A DNA stretch of 64,000 bases, from the NCBI GenBank assembly GCA_965261085.1, contig OZ253442.1, forward strand, positions 800,001-864,000. The letters run 5' to 3'. Position numbers and translations under genes: made by a program. Shown in pieces: positions 8,634 through 19,036 of the stretch; within the stretch, counting starts at the first letter, position 1; each line of letters starts with the position of its first letter. The stretch is from a bacterium (lineage in GTDB: Bacteria > UBA8248). The notes below the pieces were generated by a model. It did no database searches and was not told the DNA's origin. It saw only the letters and a list, made by a program, of their open reading frames with translations.

Positions 8634-9458
8634 CTACTTCTTCTGCGCGGAGATGAGCCTGGCCTGCATGGGCACCTGAATGGTTCCGTCGCGCTCGTAT
8701 TCGCGCAGCATCCCGATGAGCGCTTCCCGTATCTTCTCTCTCGCCTCGGGCGTCTGGGAGTTCAAGCGCGACGCCGTGCGCACGGTGGATTTCTCGAACA
8801 CCTCGATAATCCGGCCCGGTTCTTCCGCCTGCATATAGAGGGTAAATCCCGTGATTTCAGGCGCGGTGAAGCCCGCCTCCTCAAACGCGCGCGCGCATTT
8901 TTCATCATCGTCGGGGAACGGAGCGGGCGGGCCGGCCACGAGGGGGACGCTCGTATCGCCGTGCTCCTGAATGGCCCTCGCCATCAGCGCCCGGTGGCCC
9001 GCGTCGTGCGTCCAGGCGGTGAAGGCGAGTTTCCCCCCGGGTTCCAGCACGCGGGCGGTCTCGGCCAGCGCGACTTCGGGATAGGGGAAGTGCAGGAAGC
9101 CGAAGTTGCTCACCACGGCGCCGAAGCGCTCATCCTCAAAGGGCATATCCTCCGCGTCGCAGTGCCTGAACTCGGCCCCCGGCCAGCGGCGGGAGGCCTC
9201 GGCCACCATGTCGGGGGCGAAATCGACCCCCACCACCGTGCAGCCCCGCATGAGCGCCCCCGCCGAGACGACCCCCGTCCCGCAGGCCAAGTCGAGCAGG
9301 CGCGTTCCGAAGCGCGCGTCCACGGCGTCGAGCAGCGAAGGAACCGCCTGCGCGGTGATGACGCCGAACAGGTCGTTGTATTCCCCCGCGGCGCCGTTCC
9401 AGCCCGAGCGCTCGAACTCGCGGAAGGCTTCCGGGTCGTATGTGGATGTTTCGTTCAT
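8634..9458 (-). CDS. Class I SAM-dependent methyltransferase
   Basis: LLDLACGTG motif I, VGVDFA, DAEDMPF, VLEPGG. AGGAGA RBS before ATG 9458. Confidence 0.85.
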   Translation of the reverse strand: MNETSTYDPEAFREFERSGWNGAAGEYNDLFGVITAQAVPSLLDAVDARFGTRLLDLACGTGVVSAGALMRGCTVVGVDFAPDMVAEASRRWPGAEFRHCDAEDMPFEDERFGAVVSNFGFLHFPYPEVALAETARVLEPGGKLAFTAWTHDAGHRALMARAIQEHGDTSVPLVAGPPAPFPDDDEKCARAFEEAGFTAPEITGFTLYMQAEEPGRIIEVFEKSTVRTASRLNSQTPEAREKIREALIGMLREYERDGTIQVPMQARLISAQKK

Positions 9459-9481
9459 TCGATGTCTCCTAAGGTCTCGCC

Positions 9482-10885
9482 TCACTCAACGCCCCGCGCC
9501 ACCAGGTCCACGCCGTCTGAGCCGATGATCTCACACGTGATGATCTCTCCCGGCTGGCTTTCAGTTTCATGCAGGAATACCTCGCCGTCCACTTCCGGGG
9601 CCTGGAGCCGCGTTCGCCCGCGAAGGATCCCCTCTCCCGTCAGGCCCTCGACGAGCACCTGCGTATGTTGGCCTGTGAGCGCTTGGTTGTCCTCGGTCAT
9701 GATGCGTTCCTGAAGCGCCAGGAGACGCGCCATGCGCTCGCGCGCGAGTTCCACCGGGACCTGATCGGGCAGCCGCGCCGCGATGGAGCGATCCTCGGGC
9801 GAGAAGACGAAGCCGCCCAGCCGGGCGAAGCGCGTCTCTTTCGCGAAGTCGAGCAGGAGTTCGAAATCTTCCTCCGACTCTCCCGGAAAGCCGACGAGCA
9901 TGGTGGTCCTGAGCGCGCAGCCGGGTATTTTCTCCTTGATGCGCGATACGAGTTCGCGTGTACCTTCTTCATCTATACCGCGCCGCATGGCGGCGAGCAC
10001 GGGCGTGGCGACGTGCTGGAGCGGCATGTCGATGTATTCGCACACCTTGGGGAGGTCGCGGTAGGCGTCGAGCAACTCGTCCGTCACCCCGCGCGGGTAG
10101 TTGTAGAGCACGCGAATCCAATCGAGGCCATTCACCTCGTTCAACTCTTCGAGCAGCCGCGCAAGCGAGAAGCCCAGGCCTAAGTCCACCCCGTAGCTCG
10201 TGATCTCCTGCGCGAGAAGGTTCACCTCCCGCACGCCGGCCTCTGCCAGCGCGCTCGCTTCTTCGATGAGCAGATCGAGCGGACGCGAGCGGAACCTGCC
10301 GCGAAATCTGGGAATCACGCAGAACGTGCAAGGCCGCGAGCAGCCCTCGGCGACTTTCAGGTAGGCGCTCGGCCCCGGTTCCGCGAGGATGCGCGGCAGC
10401 CTCCTGCCGTAATCCATCAGCGTGTCGGAGAACGCCTCGCGCGCGCCGCCGCGCTCTCCGCTCAATAGCGCAGGGAGTTGATCGTACTCGCGCGTGCCGA
10501 TGAACAGGTCCACCTCGGGCAGCCCCTGGGCGAGTTCTCCCCGGTAGCGCTCGGCCAGACAGCCCGCCACCACCAGGGTTTCGAGATCGCCCGCTTCTTT
10601 GAGTTGGGCGACTTCCAGAATCGTGTCGATGGATTCTCGCTTCGCATCCTCAATGAAGCCGCACGTGTTGATGATGGCGACTTGCGCGTCCTCGGCCTCG
10701 CTCACGAGCCGGTATCCTGCGCCCGCGAGAGCCGCGAGCATGATTTCCGAATCCACCGTGTTCTTGGCGCAGCCGAGCGATATGAGCGCGGCGCTGGGCG
10801 CTTCCGGCCCCAGGGGAACGGGCGCGTCGCGCCGCACGAGGGGCATCTCGGAGACGGGCTTGATTTGAAGGAGACTCTCGCTCAT
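9482..10885 (-). CDS. rimO: Ribosomal protein S12 methylthiotransferase RimO
   Basis: SLGCAKNTVDSE, NTCGFI, AGCLAERY, CSRPCTFC radical SAM motif, TRAM-domain APEVDG. Confidence 0.92.
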   Translation of the reverse strand: MSESLLQIKPVSEMPLVRRDAPVPLGPEAPSAALISLGCAKNTVDSEIMLAALAGAGYRLVSEAEDAQVAIINTCGFIEDAKRESIDTILEVAQLKEAGDLETLVVAGCLAERYRGELAQGLPEVDLFIGTREYDQLPALLSGERGGAREAFSDTLMDYGRRLPRILAEPGPSAYLKVAEGCSRPCTFCVIPRFRGRFRSRPLDLLIEEASALAEAGVREVNLLAQEITSYGVDLGLGFSLARLLEELNEVNGLDWIRVLYNYPRGVTDELLDAYRDLPKVCEYIDMPLQHVATPVLAAMRRGIDEEGTRELVSRIKEKIPGCALRTTMLVGFPGESEEDFELLLDFAKETRFARLGGFVFSPEDRSIAARLPDQVPVELARERMARLLALQERIMTEDNQALTGQHTQVLVEGLTGEGILRGRTRLQAPEVDGEVFLHETESQPGEIITCEIIGSDGVDLVARGVE

Positions 10886-12288
10886 CGCGCGGCCTCAGCC
10901 TTAGAGGCTTTGGGGTCTAAGTGCCATTCCTCCTTGGGGCGGTTGAAATAGCGGATGGCCACATCGGGCAGTTCCTGGCGATAGATATCCAGAGCCCGCA
11001 CCATGCCCATGGCCTCTCCCATGTCTTCGATATCGGGCAGGGTTTCGAGATAGAGCGCGGGGTCGATGCAGAGGTTTTTCATCTGGATAACGTGCAGGCC
11101 CGTACGCCCGGCGAAGTCGAGCATCGCCTCGACCTCGGTTTCCATATCCGTGACGCCGGGGAAGACCAGATAGTTGATCTGCGTGTAAAGGCCTGCGTCG
11201 ACGGAAGCTTTGACGCAATCCTCTACGTGGGAGAAATCATACGTCTCGGGACGGTAATAGGCGTGGTGCCATTCGGGCGTCACGCTGTTCGTGCTGATGC
11301 GTATGCTCTCGAGACCGGCTGCTGCGAGACGCTCCATCCACTCGGGCCGGCTGCCGTTCGTGTTCAGGTGGAGGGTGCCGCGGGGCGTGCGCTCGCGCAT
11401 GAGGCGGCAGGCGCGCTCGATGACGCCCGCCTGAAGCAGCGGCTCGCCCTCGCATCCCTGGCCGAAGCTCGCGATGGCCATCTCCGCGCTATCGAGATGG
11501 GGTACGGCGATATCGCAAAGTTCCTCGGGCGTCGGGACAATCTCGATGCGCTGGTGGCTCGCCGGGAAGAGGTCGTCCGTCTGGAGCGATATGCACCCCC
11601 GGCAATCCGCGTTGCAAAGCGGAGCGATGGGCAGACCCATCTCCCAGCGGCGGGCGAAGAAGTTTTTCGCCGCAAAACAGTGGAACTCACGCGCGCAGCG
11701 CGCGAGATGGGGGATCATCCGGTTTTTGGGGTGGGCTTCGCGTATCTGCTCGATTCGCTCGGTGAGGCCCGTGTCGTCGTATTCCTCGGGCTCCCAGCGC
11801 GGGCAGTCATCCACCCGCACGGCGGCGCATACGAATTCGCCGCTTTCCTCATCGAAGCCCAGCGCGGTGTAGGCCCACAGGGGGAGCGCCTGCGCGCCGG
11901 GTTCTCTCTCGGCGAAGGGGAGCAGGGTGCGCATCCACCCAGGCGAGGGAAACGTGCAGGCGGCCTGTAAGGCGGCTGCGCCATCGCCCCAGTCCGCTTC
12001 TTCCACGCTTACGAGCGCGTCTTCTTGCGCGTCGCCGCCCACGGGAATGCTGCCCGGGATGGTGAAGAACTTGCTCCCACCAGGGAGGGGAGAGAGTTCC
12101 TCGGGCTCCGGCGCCACGGGTTCGGCCCCTTGCGCGCCCACCATCTCGAGTTCGGGGTGTTCGAACAGGTTGCCCTCGCCGTCGGCGACCACCATCAATG
12201 GGGACAAGGTTTTCCGTCTCCTGAAAATAGGGTGGTTCGCTACCATCCCGACTCTTTTGAGGTAAGGCCTCGCGAACCCGTGGGGCAT
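10882..12288 (-). CDS. Radical SAM protein of unknown function (start uncertain)
   Basis: CNADCRGC CxxxCxxC motif, SFGQGCEGEPL, LNTNGS. Stop overlaps the rimO start (ATGA). Confidence 0.8.
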   Translation of the reverse strand: MPHGFARPYLKRVGMVANHPIFRRRKTLSPLMVVADGEGNLFEHPELEMVGAQGAEPVAPEPEELSPLPGGSKFFTIPGSIPVGGDAQEDALVSVEEADWGDGAAALQAACTFPSPGWMRTLLPFAEREPGAQALPLWAYTALGFDEESGEFVCAAVRVDDCPRWEPEEYDDTGLTERIEQIREAHPKNRMIPHLARCAREFHCFAAKNFFARRWEMGLPIAPLCNADCRGCISLQTDDLFPASHQRIEIVPTPEELCDIAVPHLDSAEMAIASFGQGCEGEPLLQAGVIERACRLMRERTPRGTLHLNTNGSRPEWMERLAAAGLESIRISTNSVTPEWHHAYYRPETYDFSHVEDCVKASVDAGLYTQINYLVFPGVTDMETEVEAMLDFAGRTGLHVIQMKNLCIDPALYLETLPDIEDMGEAMGMVRALDIYRQELPDVAIRYFNRPKEEWHLDPKASKAEAAR

Positions 12289-12438
12289 AACCTAGCAGAA
12301 TTCGGCCTCTCATCGCCAGCTTGCGGCCCTTGCCAGCGGCACCGGGTTTCGCAATACTTGAATCCTCTCCCCATTCATGAGATGGGGATTTCTCTTTCAA
12401 AGACAAATCGCGATTGCGCGAGACGGAGGTGCGCCCAG

Positions 12439-13269
12439 GTGAGCCCGGAAGAATACCTCTCTCGAGTCTCTTTGGTGAAATCGGAAACCGAGCGCCTCTC
12501 TGCGTACTGGCGAAGTTTTTCGGAAGCGCGCTGGGAGGTGGATACGTTCTGCCCCGGCTGGCGGGCGTGTCACGCCGTCTCCCACTTGGCGACGGGGGGC
12601 GAATTTTACGCGAACTCGGTTCGCCGGGCGCTGGAGGGCCTGCCGCCCGAGCCGCCCTACGGAAGCAACGTGAAGGAGTTTTTCGCCATCCGCGGCGCCA
12701 GGGGCGAGGAACTCATGGCCCTGCCCAGGGAGGAGATGATGGATGCGTTCGACGCCTCGGCCTCCAGCGTGAACGACGCGCTTGCAGACATCACTGAGGG
12801 CGACCTCGGCAAGCTCGGCTTTCACCCCCGGGGACTCACGCGGATCGACGCCTGGATCGGGCTGCGTCTCGTCGAGTTGGCGCTGCACGACTGGGACATC
12901 CGCTACGGCGAAGACGCCGAAGCCTGCGTCTCCTTGGAGGGCGTGGAGGGGGTCATGACCTTTCTGCCCTCGACTCAGAGCCGCCTTTTCGGCGTCCGCG
13001 AGAACCCGCCCTTCGATGGCCGCTTTCTGTTCTGCTCGGCCGATCCCGATCGCGAGTGGACGCTTACCGTCGCCGGCGAGAAGGCGGAAAATATCGCCGA
13101 CGTTTCGGGCGCGCACGACGCCACAATCACCGCGGACGGCGAGGCGCACCTGCTATTGCTCTACGGGCGCGCGAAGCGCGGGGAGGCGGAGGCTTCCGGC
13201 CGCCTGACAATCGAAGGAGACGGGGAGTTGGCGAACGAACTCCTGTGCGTTTTGTATGCGAATTATTAG
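12439..13269 (+). CDS. DinB-superfamily maleylpyruvate-isomerase-like (MDMPI) protein with SCP2-like C-terminus
   Basis: GGAGGT RBS plus GTG at 12439. TFCPGW..HL, ELALHDWDI, C-terminal GRLTIEGD. Confidence 0.75.
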   Translation: MSPEEYLSRVSLVKSETERLSAYWRSFSEARWEVDTFCPGWRACHAVSHLATGGEFYANSVRRALEGLPPEPPYGSNVKEFFAIRGARGEELMALPREEMMDAFDASASSVNDALADITEGDLGKLGFHPRGLTRIDAWIGLRLVELALHDWDIRYGEDAEACVSLEGVEGVMTFLPSTQSRLFGVRENPPFDGRFLFCSADPDREWTLTVAGEKAENIADVSGAHDATITADGEAHLLLLYGRAKRGEAEASGRLTIEGDGELANELLCVLYANY

Positions 13270-13292
13270 TTCCAAGAGGAGAAGCAACCCCC

Positions 13293-14186
13293 ATGTCGCC
13301 AATCACGACAGTCGATGGATACGTCTATTATCCCGGCAGCAAGACGCGCATCGGCGCCATGCGCCCGGCCGATCCGGCAAAAACGCCTTGGACGCCGCTG
13401 GGAAAACCGCTATCAGAATGCAAGGTCACCCTCGTCTCCACGGCGGGCATATTCATGAACGGTGACGTTTCATTCGATTACGAGCGCGAGTGGCGCGAGC
13501 CGCACTGGGGGGATCCCACCCACCGTGAGATTCCAAAAACGGCCGCTCAGGATGATTGTGAATACTCGCACTTACACATCAACACCGAGTATCTAAAAAA
13601 AGACAGGAACGTCTCGTTTCCGGTGGATATCTTCCTGGACTACGAACGCGAGGGAAAAATCGGCGCGCTGGCCGACACCCTCTACTCCACGATGGGCTAT
13701 ACGCCCAACTTCCACCCCCTGATGAAGAAGACCGCCCCCCTGATGGCCGAGAAGATGCACGCAGAGGGCGTGGACGCGGCCTTGCTCATCCCCGTCTGAC
13801 CGCTTTGCATGCGGTCCGTGAGCCTGCTGCAAAGAAGATTGGAAGAGTTGGGAATCGCCACCGTCTCGATATGCAACCAGCCCGAGGTGTCGGAGAAGGT
13901 CTGCGTGCCGAGGGCGGTCTTCATCCAGTATCCCTACGGGCGCATGCTGGGAGACGTGGGCGACAGAGAAGGCCAGCGCGCGGTTTGCGACGACATGTGC
14001 GCGCATCTGGAAGTAGCAGATGGCCCGAACGCCTACCGCCACCTCTCTCACGAGTGGCCCGAACCGCCCGATGAGACCCAGTGGAAGCCGCTCACGCCTG
14101 CGCCCATGCACGTGCTTCGCAACAACGGCACGGCGCCCAAGGGGCTGGGGCACTATCAGGATGAGGAACGGCCCGATCTGGACTAG
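13293..14186 (+). CDS. Selenoprotein, glycine/sarcosine/betaine/D-proline reductase component B (GrdB/PrdB)-like
   Basis: KPLSECKVTLVSTAG, GDPTHREI, DRNVSFP. EGVDAALLIPV-TGA(13797-9)-PLC continues in frame into ELGIATV..VPRAVFIQYPYG. Hairpin CTTTGCA..TGCAAAG after the UGA. Confidence 0.8.
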
Positions 14187-14218
14187 GAGGCTCGCCGTGA
14201 TTCCGGTGCGGGCGATGG

Positions 14219-14248
14219 CGTAGGGACAGGTCGCGACCTGTCCCTACG
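14219..14248. repeat. GTAG-type REP palindrome
   Basis: Perfect 30-bp palindrome CGTAGGGACAGGTCGCGACCTGTCCCTACG. Confidence 0.75.
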
Positions 14249-14294
14249 GACTCCCCTCTTATGGGTCGTGGCCGACACACGAGGGAGAAGAACG

Positions 14295-14504
14295 ACTCCC
14301 CCCTTGAGGGGGAGTCGCAGAAGCCGAGCTTTTTTGACGAAGGCTGATGCGTGGGGGGTCAATTTCGAGCGAAGAGCGAGAAATTGCTAACCGATTCTTT
14401 CCTCACCCGCCTGCAATCGCTCCTTTATCAGTCGCTATTCACCCCCCACCGGTTCGCTTGCGGGCTTCGCCCTTACCTCACCGACTCCCCCTCAAGGGGG
14501 GAGT
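14295..14504. repeat. REP/MITE-like inverted-repeat element (ACTCCCCCCTTGAGGGGGAGTCG family)
   Basis: Terminal inverted repeats; second copy at 20198-20346. Confidence 0.8.
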
Positions 14505-14535
14505 AATTTTAAGAGCGCGCTTTTTCCGAATCGAT

Positions 14536-14871
14536 CTAGAACAGCCGCCCGCCGGTGACGGCGCTTTTATCGTCAGGCGAGATGAGCACCACCTCGCCAC
14601 TTTCGTCGGGCACGCCGAGTGTCAGGACTTCCGAGATGAAGGGGCCGATCTGCCTCGGCGGAAAATTCACCACGCCGAGCACGAGCTTTCCCTCGAGTTC
14701 TTCTTTCGTATAGAGCGCGACGAGTTGGGCGGATGATTTCTTGACCCCTATTTCATCGCCGAAATCGATCTTGAGCTTATAAGCGGGTTTTCTCGCCTCG
14801 GGGAAATCCGCGACTTCGATGACGCGCCCGAGGCGGATGTCCAGCTTGTCGAAATCCTCCATCGTCGCCAC
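14536..14871 (-). CDS. csaA: tRNA-binding/chaperone protein CsaA
   Basis: DFDKLDIRLG, FPEARKPAYKLKIDFG, SSAQL, VVNFPPRQIGPFISEVLTLG. Confidence 0.9.
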   Translation of the reverse strand: MATMEDFDKLDIRLGRVIEVADFPEARKPAYKLKIDFGDEIGVKKSSAQLVALYTKEELEGKLVLGVVNFPPRQIGPFISEVLTLGVPDESGEVVLISPDDKSAVTGGRLF

Positions 14872-14923
14872 TTCGGTCTTTCTCCTTGATTATCATGACC
14901 GGCTCGCACCGGAATGAATATCC

Positions 14924-15820
14924 CTAGTCTATCGGCTCGCCCTCTGTTTTTTCCATCTCCAGAATATCGGAGCGCAGCTTTTTCGTGATCGGGCCGGGTG
15001 CTGGGATGGGGCGTCCGTCCACCTCGGCCACCGCGTGCACCCGGCTGAAGGATGAGGTGAGAAAACACTCATCCGCCGTGTAGAGGTCATAGAGCGTAAG
15101 GTCCGCCTCTTCTGCCGGAATCCCCGCCTCGGCGGCGATTTCGAGCACGACTTTTCTGGTGATGCCTTCGAGCACGTTGTGGGCGTTGGGCGTTCTTAAG
15201 ACGCCGCCTTTCACGACGAAGACGTTCTCCCCCGGGGCCTCCGCCACGAAGCCGCGCACGTCGAGGAGAATCGCCTCATCGAATCCCGATTCGACGGCTT
15301 CAATTCTCGCCATCACGTTATTCAGATAATTGAGCGATTTCACGCGCGCCTCGAAGGACTCGGAAGGCGCCTTGCGAACGCCCGCCGTCTTGAGCCTTAA
15401 GCCCGCACCCTTCGCCTTGTAGCTCGAACCCGTCTCGGGCGGCGGCGCAGGGTCGTGCAGGAGCACGGCGATCGTCGCCTTATCCACTACCCTGGGATCC
15501 AGCAGGGGATAGCCCGCCCCCCGCGAGATGACGACGCGCAGGTAGACGTCGTTCACGCCGGATTTTCTCACGCATTCCTTCACGATCTCGGCGATTCGCT
15601 CGCGCGATTCGGGGAGTTCGAGCTTGAGCGCCCGCGCCGAGCGCTCCATGCGGTCGAGATGGTCGCGGAACCTGAAGATGCGCCGGTTCGCTACCGTCAT
15701 GGACTCGAAAAGACCGTCCCCGTAGAGGAAACCGTGGTCGAAGGCGGAGATTTTGGCTTCTTCGGCTACGACGTATTCGCCGTTCACGTAGCAGATATAA
15801 GACGCGCTTTTTTCATCCAT
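14924..15820 (-). CDS. Class IV PLP aminotransferase (IlvE/D-amino-acid aminotransferase-like)
   Basis: FDHGFLYGDGLFE, VKSLNYLNN, EAPGENVF, LEGITR, DECFLT. Confidence 0.88.
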   Translation of the reverse strand: MDEKSASYICYVNGEYVVAEEAKISAFDHGFLYGDGLFESMTVANRRIFRFRDHLDRMERSARALKLELPESRERIAEIVKECVRKSGVNDVYLRVVISRGAGYPLLDPRVVDKATIAVLLHDPAPPPETGSSYKAKGAGLRLKTAGVRKAPSESFEARVKSLNYLNNVMARIEAVESGFDEAILLDVRGFVAEAPGENVFVVKGGVLRTPNAHNVLEGITRKVVLEIAAEAGIPAEEADLTLYDLYTADECFLTSSFSRVHAVAEVDGRPIPAPGPITKKLRSDILEMEKTEGEPID

Positions 15821-16719
15821 TATTCAGGGCTCGTTTTCGCAATTTCCAGAATGGCGGAGGCGAAGACCTCCGGCTTCTCGCGCTGGGCGAAGTGCCCGGC
15901 CCCTTCCACCAGAATCCTCCGGTACCCGCCTGTGAAATGCTGCTCCTTGCCCTCAGAACTCTCGGGCCGCGACGCCCCGTCCTCCGCGCCTTGCATAAGA
16001 ATCGTCGGCGTCGATATGGCGGGCAGGCCGCGCATGAAACTCTCCGCGTCATCATACTTTGGGTCGGGTTTTTCGTATCCCCAGCGGTAGCGGTAGGAGT
16101 GCATGACGATATCCACGAAATCGGGATTCAAAAAAGACTGCGCCGTCGCCTCGAATTCAGCGTCCGGAAAATTCCACCCCGGCGACCACGTCCGCCAGAG
16201 TTCACGGCAAAAACCGGCGGCGTCCGCACCTAGCGCCTCACGTCCGCGCTCCGTGCAGAAAAACCATTGGTACCAGTACGCGCGCACCTGATCGACGGAC
16301 ATCCGCTGCTGGGGGCGTCCCGTGCCGTAGCCCGCAGGGCTCACGATGAGGGCGTTCAGCCGCTTGGGATACATGGCGGCGATAGTATAGGAAGCGCGCG
16401 CGCCCCAGTCGTGCCCCACGAGCGTGAATTGCTCGATACCCAGCGCGTCGGCGAAAGCCGTGATGTCGGAGGCTATCGCGGTGTACTGGGCGCTTCTGGG
16501 CGTTGCGGGGTCCAGAAAGCGCGTCGGTCCGTAGCCGCGCACGTAGGGGCAAAGCGTCCTCAAGCCAGAATCGTTCAGGATGGGGACGACCCGATCCCAC
16601 GTTTTCGCGTCGTCTGGAAAGCCGTGGACGAGGATGACGGGCGGCGCCGTTTCATCGCCCGCCTCCAGATAGCCGATTTCGAGCGCGGGGGTTCTGAGCG
16701 ATTTGAGCGCGCCTGGCAT
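15820..16719 (-). CDS. Alpha/beta hydrolase (epoxide hydrolase-like)
   Basis: HGFPD, GHDWGA, GAGHFAQRE. Confidence 0.85.
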   Translation of the reverse strand: MPGALKSLRTPALEIGYLEAGDETAPPVILVHGFPDDAKTWDRVVPILNDSGLRTLCPYVRGYGPTRFLDPATPRSAQYTAIASDITAFADALGIEQFTLVGHDWGARASYTIAAMYPKRLNALIVSPAGYGTGRPQQRMSVDQVRAYWYQWFFCTERGREALGADAAGFCRELWRTWSPGWNFPDAEFEATAQSFLNPDFVDIVMHSYRYRWGYEKPDPKYDDAESFMRGLPAISTPTILMQGAEDGASRPESSEGKEQHFTGGYRRILVEGAGHFAQREKPEVFASAILEIAKTSPE

Positions 16720-16739
16720 CGCGGTTTATCAGTCTCGGC

Positions 16740-17483
16740 TTAAATCGCGCACCAGCCGTCGTCCACGATCAGGTCGAGGCCGTGCACCGCGCTCGCATCG
16801 TCAGAGGCCAGGAACACCGCCGCCCCCGCCATCTCCGCCGTCGATATGTAGGCCCGGCCCGTGGGCGTGTAGCTCGCCATGAGTTTTACGAATTCGGGGT
16901 CGTCCTGTAGGTGCTGGTTGAGCGGCGTGGCCGTGTTGCCCGGCGAGATGCAGTTCACGTTGATGCCGCACTTGGAAATCTCCGCCGCCAGGGCGCGCGT
17001 GATCATGTAGACCCCGCCCTTGCTCGCGCAGTAGGGCACCGCGTTGGGAAAGGCGTGCGTGGCGGCGATGGAGGCGACGAAGACGATTTTTCCGTACTTC
17101 TTCTCTTTCATGATTGGCACGATGGCCTGGGAAAGCAGGAAGTTGCCCTTGAGATTGATGTCGATGGTGTCGTCCCACTCCTGCTCGCTGTAGTTCTCGA
17201 GTTCCTTGTTGATCATGATGCCGGCGCTTCCGACGAGGATGTCCACCGTGCCGAACGTGGCGACCACGTCCGCGACCATGGCGTCCACGGCCGCCTTGTT
17301 CGATACGTCGCAGGGAAACGCCTTCGCCGCATCTCCGATCTCGGCGGCGAGCGCTTCTCCTTTTTCCGCCGTGCGGTTCACGATGGCGACCTTGGCGCCC
17401 TCTTCCGCGAAGCGGCGGCAGACGGCCTCGCCGATTCCCTGCGAGCCGCCCGTGACGATGGCGACCTTGTTCTCAAGCTTCAT
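16740..17483 (-). CDS. SDR family NAD(P)-dependent oxidoreductase
   Basis: TGGSQGIG, YCASK, VNCISPG, VDDG. Confidence 0.9.
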   Translation of the reverse strand: MKLENKVAIVTGGSQGIGEAVCRRFAEEGAKVAIVNRTAEKGEALAAEIGDAAKAFPCDVSNKAAVDAMVADVVATFGTVDILVGSAGIMINKELENYSEQEWDDTIDINLKGNFLLSQAIVPIMKEKKYGKIVFVASIAATHAFPNAVPYCASKGGVYMITRALAAEISKCGINVNCISPGNTATPLNQHLQDDPEFVKLMASYTPTGRAYISTAEMAGAAVFLASDDASAVHGLDLIVDDGWCAI

Positions 17484-17631
17484 GGGTATTTCCTCCCTGC
17501 GGCGCTTTCGAGTCGTCCCGAATGCGAAAAGTCCGTGTTGACGATTACGTTTCGATTTTTGCGGGCATGATACCGCCCTTTGGTGTTAGGGGGAAGTGGG
17601 GAGGGTGAGCAGGGCCGCGCGATGAATTTCC

Positions 17632-17774
17632 CCGTCATTCCGGCGAAAGCCGGAATCCAGAGCGGAAGGGAATGGATGAAGACGAGGGTTTGGTGCTCCG
17701 GCGTGGGATACAGGATTCCTTAGACTTTGGGTTCTCTCATCGGTTCTGGATTCCGGTTTTCGCCGGAATGACGG
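17632..17774. repeat. REP pair of the CGTCATTCCGGCGAAAGCCGGAATCCAG family
   Basis: CCGTCATTCCGGCGAAAGCCGGAATCCAG ... CTGGATTCCGGTTTTCGCCGGAATGACGG inverted pair; partial copies at 19403, 20173 and 61661. Confidence 0.8.
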
Positions 17775-18095
17775 CTGAAGAAAGGATTGACGATTTTAAG
17801 TGGCGGTCCTTCCGCGGGGCCGCCCCACGCGTATATGCGCCCTAGCCAGAGAGGCAATCCGGTACAGAATGTTATGAATGTCCTCAGATAGCGGGGATGA
17901 GTTATTTTTCAATGCCACAGCCTAGATTGCGCCATTATATTACATAATTCAAGGTAAATATGATATGTTATATCCGTAAATAAACTTAAATAGTTATTAA
18001 TTATACCCTATAATGCCATTGAATGTCTTATATAAAAGAAGTAGATTTGTTTTCAGTATAGAGGTTCCTGTTATTTAAATATAGGGGTTATCGCA

Positions 18096-19004
18096 ATGAA
18101 AATAATTCCAGAGACGCTAAAGCATTGGCGCAAGAAAAGGGGATTCAGTCAACAAAAGCTGGCGGAGGAAGCGAACATCGATCAAAAGACCGTTGCCCGA
18201 ATAGAAGTCGGCAAAGGAGGTGAGGCGAGAGGAGATACGGTAAAGCGAATCGCCAACGCCCTCCGCATCAAGCCCGAAACTTTGGGTCGGGAGCCCGACT
18301 CCGAAACGACCAACGAGGCAGAATCCCGAAAATTCGGATTGGGCGTGTTCAACCGTAGGCTTCGTCTCGATGGGGAGGTGTTGATTTCCTACGATCTGGT
18401 GGAAGAGCATTACGGAGTTGGTATGCAGAAGCTTATTGATGTGGCGCCGATGCTTTTCACCCTTCTCGCCGAGATGAGTCTCAATGTGCGTCGCCGTCGG
18501 GCCGAGGAGGCGGAGGAGGCCATAGACGCCTTCAACCGAATCCGACCGGAGCATATGGGGGGGCGTAGTTGGGACGACTATCATGAAAAAATCTCCATAG
18601 CGAAGAGAGACCTGTTCGCACGCTCCATAGACTGGATGGAAGTGAACCAGTTTTATTATGAGGAAGAGCGAAACCCCTTTTCTGATTTTCTGACCCAGTT
18701 GGCGGAAGAACTGGGGTCCGATAACGACGCGATCGATCCCGAAGAAATCCATTTCGATCCCGATACATTTTTCGACCACGTCCCTCTTTTCAAGTCATAC
18801 CGGAAAACTCTCACAGGTGAATCTAGCCGCGCTCACTTCGCTCTTACCCGCGGGTATGTACGTCTCGGGCAAATCCAAGAAGAACTTCGCGGCGAGGAGG
18901 AAGATGTAACTTCCGAGCGTGTGAAGTGTCTAGAGGCGAAAGTGCCCGATGAAGACTGGAATGAATATAAAAATTGGCTGGATTCCTTGAATCTTTCTCT
19001 TTGA
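18096..19004 (+). CDS. XRE-family HTH protein with an uncharacterised acidic C-terminal domain
   Basis: LKHWRKKRGFSQQKLAEEANIDQKTVARIEVG..IANALRI; AT-rich upstream region. Confidence 0.8.
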   Translation: MKIIPETLKHWRKKRGFSQQKLAEEANIDQKTVARIEVGKGGEARGDTVKRIANALRIKPETLGREPDSETTNEAESRKFGLGVFNRRLRLDGEVLISYDLVEEHYGVGMQKLIDVAPMLFTLLAEMSLNVRRRRAEEAEEAIDAFNRIRPEHMGGRSWDDYHEKISIAKRDLFARSIDWMEVNQFYYEEERNPFSDFLTQLAEELGSDNDAIDPEEIHFDPDTFFDHVPLFKSYRKTLTGESSRAHFALTRGYVRLGQIQEELRGEEEDVTSERVKCLEAKVPDEDWNEYKNWLDSLNLSL

Positions 19005-19036
19005 TGTCAACGAATTGTCCAAGAAGGGAGACGAAA

